Part shown: in pieces, positions 1 through 12,290 of the stretch
Position numbering within the stretch: position 1 is the stretch's first letter
Layout of the letters: each line of letters opens with the position of its first letter
Origin: Raja brachyura
Lineage: Eukaryota
Direction of reading: 5' to 3'
DNA length: 64,000 nt
Assembly: GCA_963514005.1 (NCBI GenBank)
Contig: OY740814.1
Location: 18,228,001 to 18,292,000 of the forward strand
Position numbers and translations under genes: made by a program
The notes under the pieces: model-generated
Databases searched by the model: none
Told to the model about the DNA's origin: nothing
The model's input: the letters and a program-made list of their open reading frames with translations, nothing else

Positions 1-1982
1 TTGATTAAATGGTGAAACGCCACGGGAAAACTGGCAAGGTGCTCAATCCGCAGACACTATTCATTGAAAACAAGATGAATGATTAAAAAATCAAAACTGC
101 AAACACTGGAATTGTGTGAAAATGTTGGAAATATACAGTTGGCCCATCAGCAATTGCAGGGAGAAATGATGTGTTATCATTTTAGAGCGAAATATGTTTT
201 TATCATGTTTGTTTTTATCATGTTTCTGATAAAATGTCTCCATAAAAACATCAACCCATCTTCTCACATGATGTTGACTGACTCCTTGCAGAGGATGATG
301 GTTCTTAATTGATCATTAGTTTTTTATATTCACATGTCTACAGCCTATTGCCACAGAATAATTGTTCATATTTCCTTACTGTTGCTTACAATAAATAATC
401 AAAAAATACACAGGTGATTTCAACTTCTTTCCAGTTAAAATCAGATGGCTTTGGAGAAATTTATGCCCTTAGTGGTCATGACACACTTTGAGATGCTGAA
501 AGAGCTTGGTGCCATATAAATACATTTTCTTTTAATGCTCTATTATGTAAGTGGTAAATAAAAGAAAAAACATAATTAATTTACTTTTTGTGGTTTTAAA
601 GCGACCTTAAAGTCATGTATATGAATTTATATTTAGAGATATTAAGTTCTGTGATATTTTAATACTATACTGTGTATTCCATACACAGAATAGTATTTTT
701 AGTTCTGATTATCATTTTTGCACTTAAACTGACAGGTACTAAGACCTGGCGAAGTTCTGAATGACGTGGTAGGTTTTCCAAATGCAGCTTTGCTTTTTTA
801 ATGCTATCAACAAGCTTCCTGTTTGTCCCTCTGCTGCCATCTTTGTTTATCTCTCTTTCAGTGACCAAGTGTGATGCTCTGGGCACTTCTGAATATTTGC
901 TCCTTATCTGTCTGTTGTTTTGGATTGCTCATTTGACAGAAGACATTGAACCTGGTTTATGGCAAAATGGTGGGGGAATTAATGATATCAAAAATTATAG
1001 GGTCAAATTATTATGGGAATATTCAGGAATACAGATTTTGATAATGAGAGACTAAATAATTGTACTAACTTTGGCGAAAATATGAAAACACCACTTTAAT
1101 AAAAAAAGTGATATTTTCGCAAAGTTAAACGTGGTGCACTCATTGTGCTCTTTATTTTCTGGGTATAGGTTTAGTCACCAACACAAATAGAAAAATACTT
1201 TAACCAAATTGGAAATTCGATTTTGAACCTAATTCACCCACTATATCTGTAAAATGAACATGTTACTTAAATACTTACTCAACAAGGATAAATTAAAACT
1301 CGAGTGCAATATTGGCACATCCATCACACACAGATTTAAAAATAACTTGAACTGCTCCATTAACTCCATCCAAGTCAGTATATAAAGTGTGATCATTCTT
1401 AAGGGGTTGGAGATGTGATTTCTGTGACACTCAATTTTGCATGTACTAACAGGTGCAAATTAAACTGTCTTTCTAAACATAACTAATTATTTTCATGTTT
1501 AAGAATGTTACAAACTGAAACAATCCTGTTGAATTTCAACTCTTTTGTCCCACTGCAGAAAGGCTTACAAAATTCTGAAGCAGGAGTGTGTATCAAATTT
1601 TTTTTTTCCTGGAAATGAGATTGTTTTGAGGACAAAATCAGTAAAGGGTTATGATTGTTTGCCAATCCATACATTTGTTAATTCTGTATTTTAATTTCCC
1701 CCCCAAAAGTTTGTTAAATTGAAACAAAATTAGCATTGTAATTGCCATCACTTTATCAGAGGTTGTGCCTTGTTAGAATCTGAACAACTGCATAACCAGT
1801 CACTTGCCCTGCATTCACGCATGCAAGAAATGAAGTTCTACCTCAATAGCTTAATCAGTTCTTAATCAGAGTGCTAAAGTGATGATGGTTACCTGAAACA
1901 ATACTTTTATAAAATAAAACTATTATATGTAATTTCCTAGAAATTTAACACATTCATGTTTCATGTGTATCCTGCCTGAGAG

Positions 1983-3763
1983 TTCAACATGCAGGTAGAC
2001 TGGGAAAATCAGGTTGGTACTGGACCCCAAGAAAGGGACTTTGTAGAGTGCCTTTGTGATGGATTCTTAGAGCAGCTTGTATTGGAGCCCACCAGGGAGA
2101 AAGCAATTCTGGATTTAGTGTTATATAATGAACCGGATTTGATAAAGGAACTTGAGGTTAATGAGCCATTAGGAGGTAGTGACCATAATATGGTCAGGTT
2201 TAATCTACAATTGGAGAGGGAGAAGGGTAGATTGGAGGTGTCAATGTTACAGTTGAATAAAGGGGACAATGGGGCCCTGGGGGAGGAGCTGGTCAAAATT
2301 GACTGGAAAGAAACCCTAGCAGGGATGACAGTAGAACAACAATGGCAGGTATTTCTAGGAATAATACAGAAGGTGCAGGATCAGTTCATTCCTAGGAGGA
2401 AGAAAGATTCCAAGGGGCGTAAGGGGCAACCATGGCTGACACGGGACGTCAGGGACAGTATAACAATAAAAGAGAAGTACAACATAGCAAAGATGAGCGT
2501 GAAGCAAGAGGATTGGGTAATGTTTAAAGATAAAACAAAAGATAATTAAAAATACAATACGGGGAGAAAAGATGAGGTACAAAGGTAAGCTGGCCATGAA
2601 TAGAAAGGAGCATGTATGTAAAAGCTTCTTTAGGTATGTGAAGAGGAAAAAATTAGTTAAGACCAAAGTTGGACCCTTGAAGACCGAAAAATGTGAATTT
2701 ATTATGGGGAACAAGGAAATAGCAGATGAGTTGAACAGGTACTTTGGATCCGTCTTCACTAAGGAGGACACAAACAATCTTCCTGATATAGTAGTGGCCA
2801 GAGGATCTGGGGTGAAGGAGGAACTGAAATCCACATTAGGCAGGAAATGGTGTTAGGTAGACTTGATGGGACTGAAGGCTGATAAATCTCCAGGGCTTGA
2901 TGGTCTGTATCCCAGGGTACTTAAGGAAGTGGCTCCAGAATTCGGGGATGCAATGGTGAACATTTTCCAATGTTCTATAGATTCAGGATCAGTTCCTGTG
3001 GATTGGAGGGTAGCTAATGTTATCCCACTTTTTAAGAAAGGCGGGAGAGAGAAAACAGGGAATTATAGACCAGTTAGCCTGATATCGGTGGTGGGGAAGA
3101 TGTTGGAGTCAATTATAAAAGATGAAATAGCCGCACATTTAGATAGCAGTAACAGGATCGGTCTGAGTCAGCATGGATTTACAAAGGGGAAATCATGCTT
3201 GACTAATCTTCTGGAATTTTTTTGAGGATTAACTAGGAAAATGGACAAGGGAGAGCCAGTGGATGCAGTGTACCTGGACTTTCAGAAGGCATTTGATAAG
3301 GTCCTACATAGGAGATTAGTGTGCAAAATTAGGGCACATGGTATTGGGGGTAGAGTGCTGACATGGATAGAAAACTGGCTGACAGACAGGAAAGAGTAGG
3401 GATTAACAGGTCCCTTTCAGAATGTCAGGCAGTGACTAGTGGGGTACCGCAAGGCTCGGTGCTGGGACGATTTACAATATACATCAATTATTTGGATGAA
3501 GGGATTCAAAGTAACATTGGCAAATTTGCAGATGACACAAAGCTGGGTGGCAGTGTGAACTGTGAGGAGGATGCTATGAGAATGCAGGGTGACTTGGACA
3601 GGTTGGGGGAATGGGCAGATGCATGGCAGATGAAGTTTAATGTGGATAAATGTGAGGTTATCCACTTTGGTATAAAAAACAGGAAGGCAGATTACTATCT
3701 AAATGGTGTCAAGTTGGGAAAAGGGGAGATTCAATGGGATCTGGGGGTCCTTGTTCATCAGTT
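1983..3763 (+). mobile_element. CR1-clade LINE ORF2 internal fragment (end of endonuclease plus RT), frameshifted
   Basis: ORFs 1989-2549 (LEQLVLEPTREKAILDLVL, GGSDHNMV), 2572-2856, 2863-3225 (KSPGLDG, WRVANVIPLFKKG, NYRPVSL, QHGFTKGKSCLTNLLEFF) and 3363-3779 (GVPQGSVLG, FADDTKLGG, WQMKFNVDKCEVIHFG) carry canonical CR1 ORF2 motifs split by frameshifts. Both the 5' end and the 3' UTR are missing. Confidence 0.95.
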
Positions 3764-4157
3764 CTCAAGTCACAGCTAACGAAACAGCCACGCATCCTTC
3801 CAATGGGTTACAATTACAATCGTATAAATTGCTATAGCGAATTCTTGCGCCAGTATAAATGTGAAATTGGTAGTTACTTCAAAACTACAATTAAAATTAA
3901 TCTCAAATTCAAAAGTTAAAGTAATCATGCTGTGTGTACCAAAGATTTACCGGTTCAATTTGAAAGTGTGAATATGATGATAGTGGGCCTCTTTTAAACT
4001 GCACATCCTTCAATTAACACCTTTTTTTGTGCAATGAGAGGGATAGTATGCTCCCCATGATTCCTGCACACATTTATAGTTCTGTTCTATAAAACAACTG
4101 TGGAGATTATTAACAGACATTATTAACAGCATGATAATTAACAGACAGGTCCAGAAG

Positions 4158-4207
4158 AAAACACAAAGTGCGGAAGTAATTCAGCAGGGCAGGCAGCATC
4201 TCTGGAC
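4158..4207 (-). mobile_element. Short remnant of the Penelope-associated terminal module
   Basis: aaaacacaaagtgcggaagtaattcagcagggcaggcagcatctctgga is the reverse complement of the module seen at 13378 and elsewhere. Confidence 0.6.
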
Positions 4208-5436
4208 ATTGGTCATATTGGTCATATATTCAATAGTGCCCTATTTTTATTGGAGGGCACATCAGTTATGCTGGGGTTTTGTTTTGGACATGTCAATCAA
4301 TTTATCAAATTTGTGAGTACTTTCCTATGGTTTGAGGAGTCATGGCTGCACAATGGAGGGACCAGGAGGAGAAAAAGAATAAGGTACTGAGAGGTGGGTG
4401 GACTTTTATGGAAAACACTAAAAATGACTATAATCTGAACTGGCAATCTGTACAATCAGCATGTCAGAATGAAGGAGTTATGTGTAAAGAAACTTGGACC
4501 ACAGCATGCTGGTAACACTCTGTACATAAAATATTGGTCTGGATCAATTTAAACATCCAGCAATGTTTAGATAGAAAATGTACAGTTAAAATAAATTGGA
4601 GTTGTGATAAGTAGAATATTGCAGTTTGATTAGGTCAGGCTGGGACACAGCTTCTCCTGGCCTGGTTAATACAGCTTTTCTGAAATATTAGTGAAAATTC
4701 AAAGGGAATTCAATCTTAAAGGAAGGTTATGTAAAGGAGAGCTGTTATCTAATATTTCCAACTGGCAGCTCTCTTCTGTACTTGAAAAGAGGGGGAGCGA
4801 AAAGTAAAACTATACAGCTGTACTTAATTATTAGAAGGAATCAATTATAGTATTTCAACATTGTCAGATTCAAGAGAAACATTGGCATTATGCATTGTGT
4901 TATTACATAATGTCATGAAAAATAATTATACCACATTACAGTTGTAATTTGACGGTTTTTAATTATCACTGTGCTTTGGGTTGGAGAAATAGGTGCTGAG
5001 TAAATCCCCTATCTTATGGCATTTATTTAACTATTTTCATACATAAAGATGACATTACAGTCATATTGATATGTTTTTGATTTGTGTATTGGTTGGCAGC
5101 AAAATAACCTTTTTATGAAAAACCATTAGGAGATGAAGATTTTTTTTTATCAATGTCCTTTCATCCTATGGACATAAATTTAAATCTAGTGAACGAAATG
5201 CTAAAAATTTCCACCTGTAGAAACAAGGAACAAGGTGCTGGTTTACAAAAAAAAAATGCTGGACAGCCAACATCTCTGGAGAACATGGATTGATGACGTT
5301 TTGGGTCTGGATTCTTCAGACTGATTGTGCGGTGGGGGGGGGGGGGGAGGAGAAGAGAACTGGAAGAGATGGGGGGCAGGACAATGTGTGGAAGATAATA
5401 GGTGAACACATGAGACCAGGTTTCTTGAAAGGCAGA

Positions 5437-5663
5437 TGACTGTGGGTGCTGTCTGTACAGCGTTTGTTTGTTCTCCCTGTAAACGCGTGGGTTTTCTCTG
5501 GGCGCTTCAGTTTCCTCCCACTTTACAAAGAGAAGCAGGTTTGTAGGTTAATTGGTTTCTTGTCCCTAGTGTGTAGGATAGATCTAGTGTATGGGTGATT
5601 ATTGGTCGGCGCGGACTCGATGAGCTGAAGGGCCTATTTCCACGTTATATCTTTAAACTAAAC
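5437..5663 (+). mobile_element. V-SINE (HE1-like), 5'-truncated, nested in the Penelope element
   Basis: V-domain-like gttctccctgtaaacgcgtgggttttctctgggcgcttcagtttcctccca, followed by a CR1-type tail gctgaagggcctatttccacgttatatctttaaactaaac. Confidence 0.8.
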
Positions 5664-6137
5664 AGAAGGTGTGAGACAAAACGATTGAAGAGTTACGAAT
5701 TGTGAAGCCAGTGGAAGGAATGTAGGTAGGGGAGAAGTAGATGCGAGTCCAGGTACGGCACAGGGGAGGAGGGATATAAAGGGGTTGAGGGGAGAAAGGG
5801 GAGAGAGAGTGTGGGAGGTTGTTAGAGGCTATCTAAAATTGGAGAATTCAATGTTCGTACTGTTGGATTATAAACAACCTAAGCCAAACCTGAAGTGCTG
5901 TTTCTCCAATTTGTATGTGGCCTCACGCTGGCAGTGGAGGAATCCCAGGGCAGAAAGGTCTGTATTGGAATGAGAAAGGGAGTAAAAATGGTTAGCAACC
6001 GGCAGATGCAGTAGGCCTTGGCAGACTTAGCGTAAGTGTTTGGCACATTTGCGCTTGGTCTCACCAATGTACAGGAGACAAAATCAAAAACACTGGATGC
6101 AGTGAATGAGATTAGAAGTGTTAAATGTGCACCTCTG

Positions 6138-6192
6138 TCTCACCTGGAAGGACTGCTGGGGTCAGTATCTCACCTGGAAGGACTGCTGGGGT
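6138..6192. repeat. Tandem duplication, 30-bp period
   Basis: tctcacctggaaggactgctggggt occurs at 6138-6162 and 6168-6192. Confidence 0.9.
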
Positions 6193-6839
6193 TCCTGGGT
6201 GGAGGGAAGGAGGAGGTATAGAGACATGTGTTACAACTACTGCGGTTGCAGGGGGAAAGTACCTGGGTGGGGTGGTTTAGCCAGGGAGTGAATCAGTGAG
6301 TTGCAGAGAGAGCAGAAGCTGCAGAGGGCAGAAACGTGTGGAGATGGGAAGATCACGTTGGAGGTGATGGAATTATCAAAGGATGATGTCTTGCAAATGG
6401 AGGTTGATGGGGTGAAATGTGAGGACCAGGGGAACTCTCCTTGTTCTGTCTGTGGGGAGGGGGACCGAGAACAGAAATATGGGAAATAGTGGAGACCCAG
6501 GCGAGTGATCCATCTACGACAGGAAGGGGGAAAACACATTTACTAAAGAAAGAGGACATCTTGGATGTCCTAGAAGGGAACTCCTAATCTTGAATGCAAA
6601 TGGAGTGGAAACAGGAATTGAGAGTAGAGAATAGCATCTTTGCAAGAGGTAAGGTGGGAGGAAGTATAGTTCAGATAACAGGGATTCAGTTGGTTTATAG
6701 TATATGTCAGTCAATGGTCTGTCCTCTGTGATGAAGACAGAGAGATCACCTGTTGGTTTGAAAAGTGCAATATGAAATCAATCAGGCAAACTTCAATATG
6801 GATCCTATTACATATTAAAGACCATGAGGACAGAAGAAA

Positions 6840-7320
6840 CCATAAGAAACAGAAGGAGTAGGCCTTTCAGCCATCTCATGCCTGCACCATCATAGATTTA
6901 GATCATGGCTGATCTTTTCCTCAGCACCACTTAAGTGTGCTAACTGCATATTACTTGAATCTAAAAATCCAAAAATCTATTAATCTCTGCCTTTACAAAA
7001 AAAATAAGTTCTTCTTCCCATTCGGATACACAATTCTAAAAGTCTCACTGCCCTCTGAGTGAAGTTGCTTTTGTTTGCTGTCTTGAACAACTAACACTTT
7101 GTTTTGAGTGTGATTCAATGTTGAAGACGTTCAGCCAGTGGAAGCATCTTCCCTGCTTCTACACTGCATAAGTATTTTGTATGGTTCAAGATCACCTCTT
7201 ATTTTTCTGATCTCAAGAGTTTAGGCACATTGCGCTTAATCTCTATTCATGTGACAAACTTGCCATTTTAGGAGTCAATCTAGTGAACATTTGCTGCACT
7301 CCCTCTACCACCAGAATATT
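6840..7320 (-). mobile_element. Old CR1 LINE 3' end
   Basis: cataagaaacagaaggagtaggcc...atcatggctgatc is the reverse complement of a CR1 3' UTR; degenerate ORF2 C-terminal sequence follows. Confidence 0.65.
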
Positions 7321-7461
7321 CTTTGCTGAGCAGAGAGAGTTTGGGTCTAGTGTACTTTTTAATCTCTTTACTTCTCTTCCCCTCACACTCCTAACCCTAG
7401 AGTTATTATAGTATTTTTTGTTGCACTCTACTTATCTAGTAAAATACTATTAAAAATCCAT

Positions 7462-7728
7462 ACCTTCAGAATGGAGCTGAGAAGGAAATTCTTTAGTCAG
7501 ACGGTGGTGAATCTGTGGAACGCGTTGCCACAGATAGTTGTGGAGGCTGAGACGTTGGATATTGTTAAAGCAGAGATTGATAGGTTGGTGATTAGTAAGG
7601 GAGTCAAAGGTTACAGGGAGAAGGCCGAAGAATAGGGTTTGGAGGGAAAAATTGGTCATGATCGAATGGCGGAACTGACTCAAACAGGCCGAATAGCCTA
7701 CTTCTGCTACTATGTCTTATGATCTTAT
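7462..7728 (+). mobile_element. CR1 LINE 3' end (5'-truncated)
   Basis: ttctttagtcagacggtggtgaatctgtggaacgcgttgccacag (FFSQTVVNLWNALP), then a 3' UTR ending in tatgtcttatgatcttat. Confidence 0.85.
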
Positions 7729-7889
7729 TGTAAATACATAATTCTTTAATTAGGGAAAACACACTATAAAATATTCCAGGTGCCATCACTCGTAGGCCTT
7801 ATATATTTTCTGTAAGATTTAATTACTCTTGTACTCGAGCAAGAAAACCCAATAAGCAGATCTAGAAAGGTTAGTAATCAAATGTGTTT

Positions 7890-8720
7890 TAATGCAGAAA
7901 AATGGAAGTGGTAAAGGGAACAAAGGAATGTCTGTGATATAGAGTTAGACCAGGGAGTGGTAGTGGTGCCAGTTGAGGGCATGCGATGAAGACTTGTAAC
8001 TGATTTTACTGGAAGGTAAGTAAATAGAAGGAGATAAATGAGAAAGTTGGATGGGTTTACCGGCACTGTGTGATACAAAACACTGCGGTTCCTGGAAATC
8101 TGAAATAAAAGAAAATGCTGCAAATATACTCAGCAGCATAATGAATGAAGATAGATAAATTGAGTTGATAGCCTTTTATCAGTCTGATCTAGTCCGAAGA
8201 AGGGTCCCAATCCAAAACGTCACCTACCCATGTTCTCCAGAAATGCCGCCTAACTTGCTGAGTTGCTCCAGCACTCCAGTAACTCAGCACTGAGCTACTC
8301 TGCAGTCCCTTGTAACATCTGCAGCCCCTTGTTTCAACTTCTAAATCTTGGGCTCAGAACTAACACAAACTGAAAAGGCTGGTTATTTAAATTGAAATGG
8401 TTGAATTCATTGTTGAGTTGTGAAGGCTGTAGTCTGATTAGTCAGGTGTTATTCAAAGGTTTGCACTGCACTTCATTGGAACTTCATATCAAAGACCAAC
8501 AGCAGTGAAGTCAAAATGGACTGTTAAGGTGATAGGCAATTCAAGACAGAGTCATCCTTGTGGGCTGACTGGTGCTCTGCAAAGCAGCCACCTACCTGGT
8601 ATATCCAGTGCAGAAGGAGGTATATTGAGAGCATCCAATGCAGTGCATTAAACTGGAAAACTTAAAAGTAAATTGCTGCTTCGCCTTGAAGGGACCTTTG
8701 GGGTTCCTTGATGGTTCTGC
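7890..8720. mobile_element. Degraded Penelope-like fragments in both orientations
   Basis: Plus-strand module at about 8190-8340 (ccgaagaagggtcccaatccaaaacgtc...gagttgctccagcac). Minus-strand GPFKAKQQFTFKFSSLMHCIGCS near 8630-8700 resembles the start of a GIY-YIG domain. Confidence 0.55.
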
Positions 8721-9719
8721 TCAGTACCTTTTTTCTGTTAGGTGAAGCAGCTGCCACACAATTATAGGCTTATGACAGACTGAGACCAAGAAGACATCTT
8801 GCCTTGGCATCTCTGCCATTGGGGACCACATTTCCTCCACTAAATGTAACCCTGGATTCAAATCACAGAGGTCAGACCCAAATGTTGTCAGGTCTATCAT
8901 TGTAGTCCAGTCAGGATTCCAAAAACCAGATGCATTACACTCCTGTAATAGCAAGAGCGTTACTGGATTCAGTATTGGATATGTTGTTGGGTAGCACAGA
9001 GCAGGCTTTTCCATGCTGGGCCAGAGGATATTTGATGCACACACTGCATACCTGAAATAGGAAAATCCACTCCCCAGTGCAGACATCCCTTGCCTTGGTA
9101 AGCAGAAAATGTCATCCACAAAAAAATATATATAATTTCCCTAGTATTCAGTAGGAACTGACATAGTTTGGAATTCAACCAATTCATTGGGGAAGAATGT
9201 ATGTGAAGATTCCAATTAAGAAAATTCTGCTTTGAAAATTCTGTCCATGTTGGGAGGGAGAAGATTGGTCAATTTATTTGCAATTTGTGCTTGTGTTCAG
9301 TGGGTATCAAATAACTGGTACATTTTGTGTTTTGAAACATCTTTTAATCTGAGACAAACTAGATTTGAATTCCAGGGAAACAAATGCAGCATTTAATCTT
9401 GGATTTGTACCAGAACCAGAGAATGTTATTTATATCGGATGGGGTGTAAACAGCACTGTAACTGTATTATGCTTTCTTTCTCTCTCACTTGTATAACCTG
9501 GAGGGTACTAAAAAGTGTTTTGCAAAATTAACATTCTGCTGACTTTCCCCTATAAATGAGAAGAATAGCTATTAACATTTGTGTATTTTCATTATGTAAA
9601 TGGTGTTAACACATGCCCACAAATTGCCACCAGCTATGCAATAATTTTCTCTCAGTGATCGTAATGTGTCCAAGTGAGTCATTTTGATTATGACATGCTA
9701 ATTACATATTGCCTTTCAG

Positions 9720-9746
9720 ATTCAGAAAAACCAGGGATCTTTAATG
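9720..9746 (+). CDS. MAP2K5: MAP2K5 (MEK5) coding micro-exon, 27 nt, IQKNQGSLM
   Basis: Acceptor gcctttcag|, donor |gtaagg, branch-like tgctaat at 9696-9702, phase 0/0. The peptide matches the vertebrate MEK5 kinase C-lobe IQKNQGSLM as recalled. Confidence 0.95.
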
Positions 9747-10066
9747 GTAAGGTTTTATGAGTTTGCAGAGAAAAAAAATTCACTTTTTTTTCCTGCTGGC
9801 TGCCTTTTTGCATGCTTGAGTGCTTTACTTTAAACTTAGTAAATTGCATTTTTGTTACAACAAGCACTAAAGTGCCTGTAGTAGATTAGGTATCATTAGA
9901 AATAATAGAACATCTAGGGTGTCAATGTTTTTATAAGACTTTCATGCTGTTGATTAATCTTGCAACATTTTACTGCATTAATGATTTTCTCAGTCTACTG
10001 TAAAAGACTGCATGTAGCCTAATACTTCTCTCTATTTAACCCCCTCCCCCTACCTTGCCTTTGCAG

Positions 10067-10099
10067 CCACTACAGTTATTGCAGTGCATCGTTGATGAG
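10067..10099 (+). CDS. MAP2K5: MAP2K5 coding micro-exon, 33 nt, PLQLLQCIVDE
   Basis: Pyrimidine tract plus ttgcag| acceptor, |gtgagt donor, phase 0/0. The peptide matches MEK5 PLQLLQCIVDE. Confidence 0.96.
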
Positions 10100-10379
10100 G
10101 TGAGTCACCGTCTTATGTGCTTTCTCGTCTAAAGTCATTCTTAATGGCCTGGAAAGTTTTATTTATATAATATACACATTTTTCCTTAATGAAGCTCTTT
10201 GCTCAGAATAGTCTCTTAAGCCCTGCCACCCAGCACAACCCCTTAGTCAACAGACCTAGCCAGGCCAGTCTTCTACAGAGCTCAAGCTTGACCTTATCCT
10301 TGTACACCATTCAGGCACTGTACAGGAACTAGGTAGAGCCATGGCTCGAATTGCTGAATAATTACCTTTAGACTAACCT

Positions 10380-11600
10380 GAGCAGGAGACTTCCCAAGAG
10401 GCGCAGCTCATTTAATGGCTCTAAAACTCAATCTAGAGGATGTCAGTGGTCATGCTTGATTATTTGCCGTGGTATTTTATGAAAGCAATAAAAAAGCTTG
10501 CGACTGAGGGGGGAAAAAACAGAGAAACGTTGACTAATTTCAAGGTTTTTTTTCCCTCTGAATCGGGTCCCTTTGGTGTGACAGGTATTGTGACAGTTTC
10601 ATGCTGCCTTGCCTTAGTTATTTCAGCAGTATGAATGAGTACTGCTGTGCTCCCTCAGCTTATAATTGACAAGAGACCAGAGATAGCCCCTAAACGGTGA
10701 CGGAGCTCCACTGTTCTCAAACTGACATTTTGTGTTAATAAATAGCTTATATTAATGAATTTCTATCTTTTTTTGAGGGGGGAGGGGTTCCGACACAAAC
10801 GTGATGAGATTTTTTTTTGCTTAGCCCCATCTCCCTCCTCCCTTTGCCTCTTTATGACCACTGAGGCCCTAGATTCTTGATTGTTTGATTATTTTTATCC
10901 AGATTTTTCACAAACTGCAACTGTGCTCACCCTGAGGCAATAGAATATTGATTACACTGTAAAATAACAAAATTTGCACACAGGCTATAAGAGATCATCA
11001 GGGAGATTTTTTTTTTACCACCTCCTCCCCCCAGCCTTTTCCTGTGGTCTCTCTCGGTATACACATTAAGTGTGTTTGTTGCTTCTGTGCCTTTTTCTTT
11101 ATGCCTGAGCACTTTGCTGACATGTGCTAATAACCAAATGCCAAGAGAGAGTCCAGTTGGTGTTACCACACACTAAACATACTGAACTTGTCCTTTAGCT
11201 CATAGATTGCAGGTAATTAATAATTAAACTGTTTCAGTTGTAATGGGTTGACCTCCATGAACTGTTCATTACTCACATGGCAAAGGCATCACTCAAAGTA
11301 TTTTTTTCATTGCCCTTCCCTGTACCCTAGCTGCATATGTAGAATTCAGTAGGCCACCTAAATTTAAGCTGACCAAGTACTTGCTTAAGCCACTGCAAAT
11401 TGAAGCTTTCGGTAATGTGTGTTTTGTGCTCTGAGAAAGGGAACAATGTTTGCATCCTCTGTGTGCATTTTGTTCAAATAAAAAAAATACATGGAGGCTA
11501 TTAATCGTGTGACAATTCAACATCAGTGGCCTTATTCAAGTGTGACTTTTTGGCACCATGCTCACGTGGGCTTAACCATGTGTGAAGAAATATCTTTCCT
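10380..11600. promoter_or_regulatory. Candidate conserved non-coding element / enhancer block
   Basis: No recognisable TE, several retained CpGs, paired TGACAG sites at 10579 and 10591, and a TAAT cluster (gtaattaataattaaac near 11213). Conservation is inferred, not measured. Confidence 0.45.
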
Positions 11601-12049
11601 CTTATAGCCTAACAATTCCCCAACATACTATTTCAAAATCTCCTGAATCCCGTTTTTTCCAGGTTCATACTCAGAATTATCTTCAATAAATAATATTTAT
11701 TGCTTGATAAACCAATTATTTGTTTAGGATGTGCCTGTCATATTGTCATCAAATTGTGGAAAATAGATTTGTACCCCTCGTCTATTGTAGATCAAAAATA
11801 AAGCAAACTAATAATACATGAACTCTTAATGAAATATATTGGTATTGAATTGATGCCTGGGAATATAATTCTCCTCAGTTCCTTTCCTCTATGTTTTAAT
11901 CTGTGTAAAATAAGCAGCAAATAATTAAATTTCAGATAAATAAATTGTTATGTACAAATGTTCTACTCATAACATTATTGTCTTGGACATCAGTAAATTG
12001 ATTGATTCCTAAAATTGTGTGGATGAAGACTTTGTCAAATTGCTCACAT

Positions 12050-12290
12050 TGACATCAAGGATTGAAAGGTTATGGGTTCAAACTCCACTGCAAGACATGA
12101 GTAGATTAAGCTGTGCCCCACTCTTCTGTAAAGTACTGAGAGTAACTGCATTGTCAGTTGTGTTCCTTGGGCTGCACCATTAAACCAACGCCATCAAAGT
12201 CTGTTCTTCTGACCCAGAAGGAAAATAAGAGCTGTGTCCAGATCAACATTCTTTTCTCAAATGAGAAAGAAATATTTTCTCTTTGTTCAT
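12050..12290 (+). mobile_element. Ancient Deu-SINE (SacSINE1/AmnSINE1-like) relic
   Basis: ggttatgggttcaaactccact...gtactgagagtaactgcattgtcag...ttaaacc resembles the 5' part and Deu domain of shark Deu-SINEs. Confidence 0.55.

Larger units (their letters stand above)
5216..6748 (-). mobile_element. Penelope-like element, 3' portion (RT C-terminus, GIY-YIG end, terminal module), degraded and interrupted by a V-SINE
   Basis: Minus-strand TDIYYKPT (ORF 6514-6714) is a PLE RT C-terminal motif. A GIY-YIG C-terminal-like KLEKQH...NIEFSNFR* lies near 5830-5910, and the terminal module with a degenerate hammerhead is at about 5216-5320. Confidence 0.8.

Noticed and set aside
760-790. ggtaggttttccaaatgcag as the upstream MAP2K5 exon (LALGRFPYPQ-like)
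   Set aside because: It reads GRFSKC and lacks a suitable acceptor and donor. The real exon probably lies upstream of the window.
8721-9187. 132-aa and 72-aa minus-strand ORFs as a novel gene
   Set aside because: No recognisable domain, and they sit next to decayed Penelope sequence. Most likely repeat debris.
10440-10634. 64-aa ORF and AATAAA (10487-10492) as an alternative terminal exon
   Set aside because: No convincing acceptor or homology, and AATAAA is common in AT-rich DNA.
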